DNA from: an uncultured Clostridia bacterium
GTDB lineage: Bacteria > Acidobacteriota > Aminicenantia > UBA2199
DNA length: 64,000 bases
Assembly: GCA_964502145.1 (NCBI GenBank)
Contig: CAZCVI010000029.1
Location: forward strand, 9,431 to 73,430
Direction: 5' to 3'
Notes under the pieces: model-generated
The model's input: the letters and a program-made list of their open reading frames with translations, nothing else
Databases searched by the model: none
Told to the model about the DNA's origin: nothing
Shown here: in pieces, positions 9,121-17,266 of the stretch
Position numbering within the stretch: the first letter of the stretch is position 1
Layout: each line of letters opens with the position of its first letter
Position numbers and translations under genes: made by a program

Positions 9121-11487
9121 ATGATTAATAAAAGCGTTTCAATAAACAATTTAATCTTTAACCACAAGAGAGTATGGATTTTAATCCTGGTGCCCTTCTT
9201 CTTTCTAAACATGAATGATATGATATTCCCCCAGACCCGACGCGCTCTGCTGGTGGGAATTTCCCAATACTCCCACTCTGAACTGACCACTTTTCCCGAA
9301 TGCAGAAAGGAAAACATAGACAACCTTCCCGGTACCGTGGCAGATATAACCAATATGAAGCAATTGCTGATGAGCCGCTTTCACTTTTTGGAGAGTGAAA
9401 TTACTGTATTGTCAGAACGTGATGCCACCCGCCAAAACATCCTACAGAATTTTAAGGAACAACTCATTGACCCTGCAAAGGAAGGCGATATCTGTCTCTT
9501 TTATTTTTCCGGTCACGGTTCCCAGATTACCAATTCCTTATCCAATCAGAGTAATAAGCAGGACGAAACACTCGTCCCGTATGACTGGTACACGGGCAAT
9601 CGTGACCTTCGCGACAAAGAGTTAAAGCGACTGTTTAACCTGGTACTCGATAAAAAAGCATATCTCACTGTAATTGTCGATGCGTGTCACAGTGGTTCCA
9701 TTGCCCGCGGCCCTATTGAAAAGGGAACCTATCGCCAAGCTCCCCCCAATCTTTGCGACGTGGCAGAACCACCAGACAATGCCCCAGACCCCGCTGCCCG
9801 CGGCGCTGTGATTCTTGCCGCTGCCCAAGAGTCGGAACTGGCCCGCGAAATTGCAGTGGATAATGTGAACGACAAGGGCAAACATTATGAAGGGTTGTTT
9901 ACCTGGGCATTGCGTTCTACCTTGTTGACCTGTTCCCCGGATGAAGCCATTCATAACGTCATGCTGCGCGTCGAAGCCTTGATGCACAGCGAAGGATTAA
10001 AACAGATAAATAAGTATAGCTTCCCAGACCTCCAAACGAAACCCGAAATACGAAACTGGCCGCTCTTTTGCCTCAAACCAGGTGAAGCGATGGGTATGGC
10101 TTTTGCGGTTAAAGCCATCCATGGAAATACTATTATTATTAATGGCGGTTTGGCTGCGGGAATTCTGGAAAACTGCGAACTGCAAAAAGCAGGGAACCCT
10201 GCTGCCCCTGTTCACGTTCGCGTATCGCAAAGCGTACAGAACCTGAATGAATGCCAAACCACTGTGTTTCAAGGTGAAGTAAAAAATATAAAAGTCGGTG
10301 ATCTGTTTACAGTTGAAAAATGGGTCATGCCCCGTGAGTCGCGGATGAGGGTCTGGTTTCCCACCGCTCCTTTTTCCGCTGCGGAATTAATGCAATTGGC
10401 CAAATCAATCACCACTCCTGAATTATTACAACAGGTGGAGTGGCTAAACGACCCCACCAGCAAATCCCCGGATTATACGATGTATTGGAACAGTTCATCA
10501 TGGCAATTATTAACCCCCAAGGGCAAGATCATCTCGCTAGGAAAAAAACCGAAAACGGATGATGTGCTGCAACAAATCAAGACCATTACTCCGCAACCGC
10601 AAGGCAAACCGCTGTTTTATTTGCAACTCCCTTTGCCTGTTTCTTTGAGTAACCAGATAAAGGAGTGTGTGCGTGCGTACCAAGACACGGTGAATATCCT
10701 TGATTCCTCCAAAGGCACTATTTATTTCCTCACCGGGCGTTGGCACCAGGAAAAACTGGAATATGCCTGGCGTGTCCCGGATGTGTTCAAAGATGAGGAA
10801 AAGGGGTTTGGCTTGCCGTTAAGAACCCAGTGGCTGGATGCCTCTTCACCGGGTGATATGGATGATATAAAAAACACGATTGTTTTTCCGCTGCGTGATC
10901 TCTTATTAAAACTGGTAAAAATCAGGGCGTGGTTGCAATTGCAAACGCCCCCACCCGCTCAGAATAGGCGTGTTTTTCCTTATGAATTGGGATTACGAAG
11001 AGTGGGAACGCAAGAGTTTAAAACCTCTGGTCCACTGTTATGTAATGACATCTACGGATTTGTGTTGCGTGCCACTGATGATATACATTCCGGGAATAAA
11101 GAAAAAAGGTATGCGTATGCCTTTATTATTGATAGTGATGGCGAAAGCAAGCTGTTGTTTCCCACTCAAGAACAGGGCAATTCAGAGAATGAATTTCCAG
11201 CTACCGATGAATGGCCGCAGGAAATTCAGATGGGTAAAAATGATTTATTTACCATAACCCCTCCTGTGGGAATGGATACCTATATTGTTTTGACCACGAC
11301 GGAAAAGATATCCAACCTCAGCGTATTTAATTTTGATGGCGTGCGATCACGTGGTGAAATCCAGTCTCCCCTGGAACGGTTGCTGGCTGATCTCAGTTCA
11401 GCCACTCGTGGAGAGGATTCCAGTTCGTCCCTTATTTCCAACTGGTCCATTAAACATATGCCTGTATTAAGTAAAAAAGAAGAATAG
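9121..11487 (+). CDS. Caspase-family (peptidase C14) protein with an N-terminal hydrophobic anchor/signal and a DUF4384-like C-terminal domain
   Basis: ORF 9043..11487; I prefer the ATG at 9121 (MINKS...). Hydrophobic segment VWILILVPFFFLNM. Motifs RRALLVGISQYS, FYFSGHGSQ (His) and VIVDACHSGS (Cys). C-terminus RYAYAFIIDSDGESKLLFP...DTYIVLTT resembles DUF4384. Confidence 0.8.
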   Translation: MINKSVSINNLIFNHKRVWILILVPFFFLNMNDMIFPQTRRALLVGISQYSHSELTTFPECRKENIDNLPGTVADITNMKQLLMSRFHFLESEITVLSERDATRQNILQNFKEQLIDPAKEGDICLFYFSGHGSQITNSLSNQSNKQDETLVPYDWYTGNRDLRDKELKRLFNLVLDKKAYLTVIVDACHSGSIARGPIEKGTYRQAPPNLCDVAEPPDNAPDPAARGAVILAAAQESELAREIAVDNVNDKGKHYEGLFTWALRSTLLTCSPDEAIHNVMLRVEALMHSEGLKQINKYSFPDLQTKPEIRNWPLFCLKPGEAMGMAFAVKAIHGNTIIINGGLAAGILENCELQKAGNPAAPVHVRVSQSVQNLNECQTTVFQGEVKNIKVGDLFTVEKWVMPRESRMRVWFPTAPFSAAELMQLAKSITTPELLQQVEWLNDPTSKSPDYTMYWNSSSWQLLTPKGKIISLGKKPKTDDVLQQIKTITPQPQGKPLFYLQLPLPVSLSNQIKECVRAYQDTVNILDSSKGTIYFLTGRWHQEKLEYAWRVPDVFKDEEKGFGLPLRTQWLDASSPGDMDDIKNTIVFPLRDLLLKLVKIRAWLQLQTPPPAQNRRVFPYELGLRRVGTQEFKTSGPLLCNDIYGFVLRATDDIHSGNKEKRYAYAFIIDSDGESKLLFPTQEQGNSENEFPATDEWPQEIQMGKNDLFTITPPVGMDTYIVLTTTEKISNLSVFNFDGVRSRGEIQSPLERLLADLSSATRGEDSSSSLISNWSIKHMPVLSKKEE

Positions 11488-11497
11488 GAGAATAAAC

Positions 11498-12679
11498 ATG
11501 AGAAGAGCAAGACATGGTTTCAGTAAAGTAGTAGTGGTATTTTTTCTAATGTTGTTTTTCACCATTGTTGGTTCTGCGCAAACAGAAGAGAACACCAAAG
11601 CCAAAGGCACCATTATTTTTAATTTCATTCAACCCGCCGCTACGGTTCCATCCCAAGGAGCACCCAATCCCGATGCCCCCCAAACCACTTCTGCCCAACC
11701 GGCCCAAACGGTTACAGATACCACCGGCCCCACCTGGTTCTTTATTCCCGGCAAAAGTTATAAAGAGATATTAACGGCATTCCAGTATAACCCCGATAGT
11801 TTTGCAAATGAACGTTCAAACATAATAAACTTTTTGAATGCCTTAAAGAAAAAATATCCCAAAGGAACAGATCGGCGCTGGTTTGGTTCCCGGGGTGATG
11901 TATTGGATGCCGTGGTATTCTATAATCCTTCAACGCCCACATCAGCAGCAGTCGCAACAACAGAGGGAAAACCGACTTGTTGCTGCTGTGGAAAACAGGT
12001 CGCGCAGGTAAATCCATCGGCACAGGAGAATCAAAAAACCATGGCGGCGAAGTTTACCTTTAAAGAGGATAAACGCAAAACCAGAATCGCAGGCGATTTG
12101 AATACCTTGATTAAATTGATTTTTAAGGTAAGTGCCAAAGGGGGAGAGGATATAACCATCGCTCAAGAACAACATACATTAAAAGAGCGTTCTGCTTTAC
12201 TGACCGTTTCCGTGAGTGTGGGCGAAAAACAAACCACTGCGGTCGTCTTAACCACTGGTCCACAAGAACATTGGTTCCTTTCTGCTGACTTGTTGGTGAA
12301 CAAGATTTCCGAGGTTAAACTGGTGGAAAAAGATAAAGTCAACACCATCGAACCCAAAGAAACACCCAAAAGCTTTTTTCTAGGAGTGAACTTTCTGTTG
12401 GGTGACATTCTTAAAGAGAAGCAGGTCTTTTGGAAGTATTTTTTTGTAAAAGGAATGCTAAAGATTTCCAAGACACCTTGGGATGGGTATGGCGTGGGGT
12501 TAGGGTTTCGTTTTCCCCAATGGCGTATCTTGGGCGTGGACATCTCTGCACTGTCCATTTTTGGCGCGATGGTGTGGACCAAGGAGGAGAACGCCGACAA
12601 GAGTGTCAAGTTCACCAAGCGGCAAATGCTAATGGGTATCAGTTACAATTTGGACAGGGCTTTGGATTGGGTTAAATAG
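11498..12679 (+). CDS. Secreted hypothetical protein: signal peptide, Pro/Thr/Ala-rich linker, CCCC motif, beta-rich C-terminal half
   Basis: AGGAG RBS. N-terminus VVVVFFLMLFFTIVGSAQ. KPTCCCCGKQ motif. Starts 10 nt after the caspase gene stop. No family recognised. Confidence 0.6.
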   Translation: MRRARHGFSKVVVVFFLMLFFTIVGSAQTEENTKAKGTIIFNFIQPAATVPSQGAPNPDAPQTTSAQPAQTVTDTTGPTWFFIPGKSYKEILTAFQYNPDSFANERSNIINFLNALKKKYPKGTDRRWFGSRGDVLDAVVFYNPSTPTSAAVATTEGKPTCCCCGKQVAQVNPSAQENQKTMAAKFTFKEDKRKTRIAGDLNTLIKLIFKVSAKGGEDITIAQEQHTLKERSALLTVSVSVGEKQTTAVVLTTGPQEHWFLSADLLVNKISEVKLVEKDKVNTIEPKETPKSFFLGVNFLLGDILKEKQVFWKYFFVKGMLKISKTPWDGYGVGLGFRFPQWRILGVDISALSIFGAMVWTKEENADKSVKFTKRQMLMGISYNLDRALDWVK

Positions 12680-12860
12680 TAGAAATAGGGTGGAAATAGA
12701 GAGACGGCACATTACTTGGTGATTGGTCCGGTGGAACAAGCTGAATATCCTGGAATGGCGGAAGTTTTAAAACACGCGCCTAAATCCTTTAAAAAAGTAT
12801 TCTCCTTGCCGACGTTTAAGGTTTATCAGGTGGAGAAGTAGTTTTCCCCGATATTATTTT

Positions 12861-12880
12861 GTCCAGCATTGTCCGGCATG
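12861..12880. repeat. 10-bp direct repeat GTCCAGCATT / GTCCGGCATG abutting the -35 element
   Basis: Read directly at 12861-12870 and 12871-12880. The -35 starts at 12888. Confidence 0.7.
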
Positions 12881-12887
12881 TTTTGTC

Positions 12888-12916
12888 TTGACCGGTGGTG
12901 CAGTCTATTGTATAAT
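12888..12916 (+). promoter_or_regulatory. Sigma70-type promoter TTGACC-N17-TATAAT(GCA)
   Basis: TTGACC at 12888-12893, TATAAT at 12911-12916. GAGGAG RBS lies before the ATG at 12966. Near-duplicate of the promoter at 14105. Confidence 0.7.
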
Positions 12917-12965
12917 GCATTTTAGCGTCATATAAAACCATCACAATAAAAGAGGAGCTACTCTG

Positions 12966-13991
12966 ATGACGATAGATCAAAAAAGTAAAATAAAAAAGTT
13001 AATACTGGTATTATTCCTAGTGCTGTTATTTTTTCCCTTTTGTAGCGACCCGCTTCCCGTGGATCCCCCTCCGCCGCCGCCTCCCCCTCCACCGCCGCCG
13101 CCCGTATTGACCGAGCATCGGGTGCCTGTTTATTTCACCAACAATGGGTTCAGCCGCTGTGATCTTTTCACCGCGTTTCTTGTACTGGAGCCAAAAGTAA
13201 CCACCGGTGAAGAATCGGATATCAATAACTATAATGTATCTATAAAGGAAGTGGTCAATCTTACCCGTACACCGGTGGTGGATGAATTTGCCGTGGATTT
13301 TATCGCCCCGGATAAACTTCTTTTTGTAATAGCCGACGAAGGTTTGAACGATAGCAATATTGGGAACACTGAAATTGCGTTTATGAATATGTCAGATCGA
13401 ATTGTGCATCCCATCACCCCCATAAAAGGGGAATATAGCGGTGATAACTGGGACCCCCACTGGGTGGATAGTAACACCATTGTCTGGAGTCATCTGGGGC
13501 GTCTGGTGCAGTATGATTTACTGACCGGAACGATAACCGATCCCCTCATTCCCGAACTTGAAGGCGTGGTGTATGATCCGGTGTACCTTTTTCCGGCCAA
13601 AGAAAAGATTCTTTATAATGCGCGGAGATCGGGGAAAAAGAACAGTTATTCCTATTCCTTTATAACTCATGAAGAAAAGCAATGCCTCCCCCCGGCCTAT
13701 TTCAATGTATATAAAGATGATAATCCCTCGTGGTATAACGGTGAAAAAATTGTTGGTCATTACTTTGAAAATGAGCGGGGGCGTTTATATACCAGGGACG
13801 GTGACAACTTTTTAGTCATCACCGATGCCACCCATGATTTCCGTTATGTTGTGGGCACCCAAATCATCGGGCAGTGGTTTTTTGTATTTTCTGAATGGTC
13901 TGACATGGAAAATATCCGCCTATGGATGGCCAATGAAAATGGCACGTGGCTTCAAGACCTTAATCAAGGTGGTGACGAGTTGTCTTTCTAA
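12966..13991 (+). CDS. Lipoprotein with a poly-proline linker and a beta-propeller-like (TolB/PD40-like) domain; paralog of 30357..31667
   Basis: Signal plus Cys (LLFFPFCS), P14 tract, and motifs GDNWDPHWVDSNTIVWSH, GRLYTRDGDNFLVITDATHDFRYV and LWMANENGTWLQDLNQGGDE shared with the paralog. Confidence 0.7.
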   Translation: MTIDQKSKIKKLILVLFLVLLFFPFCSDPLPVDPPPPPPPPPPPPPVLTEHRVPVYFTNNGFSRCDLFTAFLVLEPKVTTGEESDINNYNVSIKEVVNLTRTPVVDEFAVDFIAPDKLLFVIADEGLNDSNIGNTEIAFMNMSDRIVHPITPIKGEYSGDNWDPHWVDSNTIVWSHLGRLVQYDLLTGTITDPLIPELEGVVYDPVYLFPAKEKILYNARRSGKKNSYSYSFITHEEKQCLPPAYFNVYKDDNPSWYNGEKIVGHYFENERGRLYTRDGDNFLVITDATHDFRYVVGTQIIGQWFFVFSEWSDMENIRLWMANENGTWLQDLNQGGDELSF

Positions 13992-13998
13992 AAAACAC

Positions 13999-14061
13999 GT
14001 GGACGATATGGGCTTTGTGGACCGCAAGTAAAAGCATTTTTTTGTCCACATCGTCCACAAC
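13999..14061 (+). repeat. Imperfect inverted repeat (GTGGACGAT...GTGGAC / GTCCAC ATCGTCCAC) ending in GTCCACATC GTCCACAAC 9-bp word repeats; possible terminator or regulatory stem
   Basis: 13999-14007 and 14017-14022 are complementary to 14050-14058 and 14044-14049. The word GTCCACATC recurs five times at 45802-45846. Confidence 0.55.
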
Positions 14062-14104
14062 GATTTCAAAACAGTGGCGGTGAATTCAGGTCGTTCCCAT
14101 CATA

Positions 14105-14133
14105 TTGACCCATCCTGTAGTCTGGTGTATAAT
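14105..14133 (+). promoter_or_regulatory. Sigma70-type promoter TTGACC-N17-TATAAT(GCA)
   Basis: TTGACC at 14105-14110, TATAAT at 14128-14133, AAGGAG RBS, ATG at 14157. Confidence 0.7.
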
Positions 14134-14156
14134 GCACTTTTAAAGGAGATACACCA

Positions 14157-16679
14157 ATGACCATACAGCAAAAAAGCAATAAAAAAATAGAAATCCTGGC
14201 GGCAATTGTTCTTTTGCTGTTTTCCATGGGTTTACGCGTTAATGCACCCCGTGCTGATTTGCCTTCTCATATCACCTTTAGCGGCAGCATTCTGACCGAT
14301 GAAGGCAATCAATGCCACAACTCGCGCAGCAAAACTCTTTTTAACGAATGGTATCCCGATGACTGGCGCGTCACCAATTACAACCCCGTGCTGCCCTATT
14401 TTAAACTGGCCATGTTCAAAGTATTTGGCGTTGGCATGTTGCAACTGCGCTCCGTCAATTACATTTTCGCCTTTTTTTCCCTGCTCTTCTTTTTCTTCCT
14501 CCTTAAATCCTATTTTAAAGAGAACCCTAAATTCGCATTATTAGGGTTGCTGCTACTGGGCATTAATTTTCTCTATGTCATGTACAACAAGATCGGAACC
14601 TATGAAACCTCGATCACCTTCTGGGTTATTATGACCCTTTATTTTATAGAAAAGTACCGCACCAAACAGAAACCTCTCTTTTTATTCCTGTCCGGTGCAA
14701 CCGCAGCCATGGGGTTTATCTTCAAAAGCATCATGGCTTATTTGCTTCCCCTGCCCTTTGCCGCTGTGATTCTGATGCATCTTTTCCCTTTAAACTCCGC
14801 ACCCGGAACTGAACTTACAGGCCAGGGTTTTTCCTTCAAAAAAATGGGCCGAGATTTGGTGTTTGTTTTAGGTGGGTTGTTGGTGTGCTGGGTGCCCTGG
14901 TACTTGCTTCATTATCTTCCCAATCGAGACTGGATTATCAATGGCCCTGGGAAATTTATGGGCGTCATGATTTTACCCGACAATATCACCCAAGCATGGC
15001 AGAATTTTCTTTCTTTTCCGTGGCGTGAGCAGTTTTATAAGATTCCAGTGGTTTGGATTGGTTCTTTGATCTATATCCCGGTTTTTATCCGGCGCTTATT
15101 CCAGCGACGGGCCACCGTGTTAGAAATCGCTACTATTCTTTTTTTCTTTGCCCATACCTTTATGTTTTTATTCATGTCTTATCGTCCTTCCCGCTATTTT
15201 GTACCCGTGATACCTGCCATCGTGTTGATGACCGTGTTACTTTTTGAACGGTGGTATGCCACATCCCAATCCATTGGAACCGTGCCACCGTCCCCCGTGT
15301 ATGGTGTATGGGGGAAAAGGATGATTTATATTATCTATATATTAGACATAATCTGGCTCACTGGTTTCGCTTATTTTTGTGCTGTGCCCGTGTTTCGTCG
15401 CTTGGTTGGGCTCAATCCTTGGCGTCCAACCCCCACCTTGTTGTATTGGCTTGTCGCCGTGGTGCTTGTTTCCGCCGCTTATTATTGCAAACCTTTCCTG
15501 AGCCGTGTTTATGGCCGTTCAACCAATCCTGCCAAATGGCAAGCCCGTAAACTAACCACACCCTTGATTTTCCTTTTGATTCTGCTCTCCTTGGCGGTGA
15601 ATCTCGGCTTTTATTGGGATTGGTACACCAAGCGGACCTATACCATTTATAACATGGGTGTAGAGTGGCAGAAAAAATTGGATCATGCCTATATTGCAGG
15701 TATGACTGCCGCAGCCTCGGTATTGGAAACCCGGCACAAAACCTTATGGCTCTATCCCAACTTTGTTAATTGGGAAAAGGATACGCTGGAAAAGTACCCG
15801 GTCACGCACGCCCTGTTAGGAACCGATATGAGCGGGGAGATCATTAATTTTTTCAATCAGTGGCCCGAACGAATGAATCAACGCGCCGCACTGGTAAAAA
15901 TCTATCCTATAAAAGATTATTTCTTGCATTTTTATTCCTTTGTGGACCCTTATATTCGGAATTTTCAGGAAGCCGGCCCACAGGAGTACCGATTGACTGT
16001 CATCAATCCCTCTGCAAAACCAATCCAAACGCGAGTAGGGGAGGTCTATCGCTTACCAACTGCCCCGGACGTGCGCGTAATCCGAGGGAAACAGTATTTT
16101 CAATTAAAACCCGGAGAGAATCAGATTCAGGTTTCCATGACAGAGAGTGGCCTATCACTTCCTCCCGATGCGATTGATGTGCTGCTTTTTTTGGATTATT
16201 CGGGGCCTTTTGGACCCGTGGACCAGCCCCTGCGTTATGAAGGTGAAAACTTCCGCATGAGAACCGGTATTAATAAATGGGAACCTTCAGCCTCCAATCG
16301 GAATGTCCGGTATTTTGAGCGTCGCATTTCCGCCCCTGGTTTTTTAAGTTATGGGCCGTCCGTACCTTTTGCTCCCGGTGTTTTTATTGTGAATTTCAAA
16401 CTGGCTTTTAGTGATATAAAATCCAAACTGCGGCCCCTGTGCAAATTGGATATCTATGCCGTGGAAGACAGGAAACCTCTGGCTGAACTTACTCTCAAGG
16501 GCAGCGATATTAATCGTGCCACTAACGGGGCGGATGGTTATGGGTCTTACCAACTTAGTACAGTTGTACCCCAGACCAAAACCTTGGAGTTTCGTGTCCA
16601 AACCGAGGTTTTAGCCAATGTCGCTTTTGACTATGTTGATGTCATTTATTATCAGGGTATCTTTTTGCCGAAGAAATAG
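14157..16679 (+). CDS. Polytopic GT-C-fold glycosyltransferase (GT39/ArnT/PMT-like) with a ~300-aa C-terminal soluble domain
   Basis: More than 10 hydrophobic helices. The first loop carries an acidic TDEG motif after TM1, as in ArnT/PMT enzymes. The C-terminal ~300 aa are hydrophilic. Confidence 0.7.
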   Translation: MTIQQKSNKKIEILAAIVLLLFSMGLRVNAPRADLPSHITFSGSILTDEGNQCHNSRSKTLFNEWYPDDWRVTNYNPVLPYFKLAMFKVFGVGMLQLRSVNYIFAFFSLLFFFFLLKSYFKENPKFALLGLLLLGINFLYVMYNKIGTYETSITFWVIMTLYFIEKYRTKQKPLFLFLSGATAAMGFIFKSIMAYLLPLPFAAVILMHLFPLNSAPGTELTGQGFSFKKMGRDLVFVLGGLLVCWVPWYLLHYLPNRDWIINGPGKFMGVMILPDNITQAWQNFLSFPWREQFYKIPVVWIGSLIYIPVFIRRLFQRRATVLEIATILFFFAHTFMFLFMSYRPSRYFVPVIPAIVLMTVLLFERWYATSQSIGTVPPSPVYGVWGKRMIYIIYILDIIWLTGFAYFCAVPVFRRLVGLNPWRPTPTLLYWLVAVVLVSAAYYCKPFLSRVYGRSTNPAKWQARKLTTPLIFLLILLSLAVNLGFYWDWYTKRTYTIYNMGVEWQKKLDHAYIAGMTAAASVLETRHKTLWLYPNFVNWEKDTLEKYPVTHALLGTDMSGEIINFFNQWPERMNQRAALVKIYPIKDYFLHFYSFVDPYIRNFQEAGPQEYRLTVINPSAKPIQTRVGEVYRLPTAPDVRVIRGKQYFQLKPGENQIQVSMTESGLSLPPDAIDVLLFLDYSGPFGPVDQPLRYEGENFRMRTGINKWEPSASNRNVRYFERRISAPGFLSYGPSVPFAPGVFIVNFKLAFSDIKSKLRPLCKLDIYAVEDRKPLAELTLKGSDINRATNGADGYGSYQLSTVVPQTKTLEFRVQTEVLANVAFDYVDVIYYQGIFLPKK

Positions 16680-16754
16680 CCGGGCTTGTTTTTTTTATTC
16701 TTGACTTAATTTTGGAAATCAGTAAACTGTATGGTGTGATATCTCGAATTAAAT

Positions 16755-16812
16755 ATGATAGAATGAAATAAGATAGAATGAACTATGATAGAATTAAATA
16801 TGATAGAATGAA
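16755..16812. repeat. Four 15-bp phased repeats (core GATAGAAT at 16757, 16772, 16787 and 16802) directly upstream of the RBS
   Basis: atGATAGAATgaaataaGATAGAATgaactatGATAGAATtaaatatGATAGAATgaaat. The RBS AAGGAG lies at about 16823. Confidence 0.85.
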
Positions 16813-16835
16813 ATTTGAATTAAAGGAGAAACGCC

Positions 16836-17231
16836 ATGTTTTTAAAGAATCTTAATGAAGAGCAGCAAGTCTCGTTTTTAGCAATAGCCATGAAGATTAT
16901 CGGAGCCGATGGTCGTCTTGATCCCGCCGAACGGCGTATGATCGAAGCCATGAGAGTTGAAATGGGATTGTTCCATGAAGCTAAATTGCCTACCGGGGTG
17001 ATTGAGGAATTGGCTAAGCCCTTTGATACGCATCGGGCGCAAGTGACAGTCCTCTTGGAAGGTATTCTTCTCGCTTATGCTGACAATGATTTCTCCGGTG
17101 CCGAGCAAAAAATACTGCGGGCTTTGGCCATCATCTGGGGGATTTCAGAGGAAGAAGCCACTGAATTAGAAAACTGGGTGCAGGAATACAACAAAATATT
17201 GAAAAAAGCCGAGCAGTTTTTTTCAAAATAA
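16836..17231 (+). CDS. TerB-like (tellurite-resistance TerB / DjlA N-terminal type) domain protein
   Basis: IGADGRLDPAERRMIEAM and a second half-repeat ADNDFSGAEQKILRAL, a pattern typical of TerB-fold proteins. Confidence 0.55.
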   Translation: MFLKNLNEEQQVSFLAIAMKIIGADGRLDPAERRMIEAMRVEMGLFHEAKLPTGVIEELAKPFDTHRAQVTVLLEGILLAYADNDFSGAEQKILRALAIIWGISEEEATELENWVQEYNKILKKAEQFFSK

Positions 17232-17238
17232 TCAGGCT

Positions 17239-17266
17239 GTAGAGACGTTGCGCGCAACGTCTCTAC
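17239..17266 (+). terminator. Perfect 28-nt palindrome GTAGAGACGTTGCG/CGCAACGTCTCTAC (hairpin; REP-like element)
   Basis: Read directly, 8 nt after the stop. A degenerate second copy lies at about 17293-17320 and a related one at 22550-22576. There is no strong T-run. Confidence 0.55.

Noticed and set aside
12690-12842. A short open frame ending ...HYLVIGPVEQAEYPGMAEVLKHAPKSFKKVFSLPTFKVYQVEK*, which looks like the C-terminal remnant of a larger gene, possibly a membrane glycosyltransferase.
   Set aside because: It is only about 45 codons with stops immediately upstream and no start/RBS pair. I cannot assign a family from so short a fragment, so it is not reported as a feature.
14079-14090. 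The motif GGTGAATTCAGG recurs at 14079-14090, 27607-27617 and (as GGATGAATTCAGG) 27472-27484, suggesting a dispersed element.
   Set aside because: There are only three short copies. One of them is simply the left arm of the OMP terminator hairpin, and an EcoRI-site-containing 12-mer could recur by chance. It needs a genome-wide count before being called.
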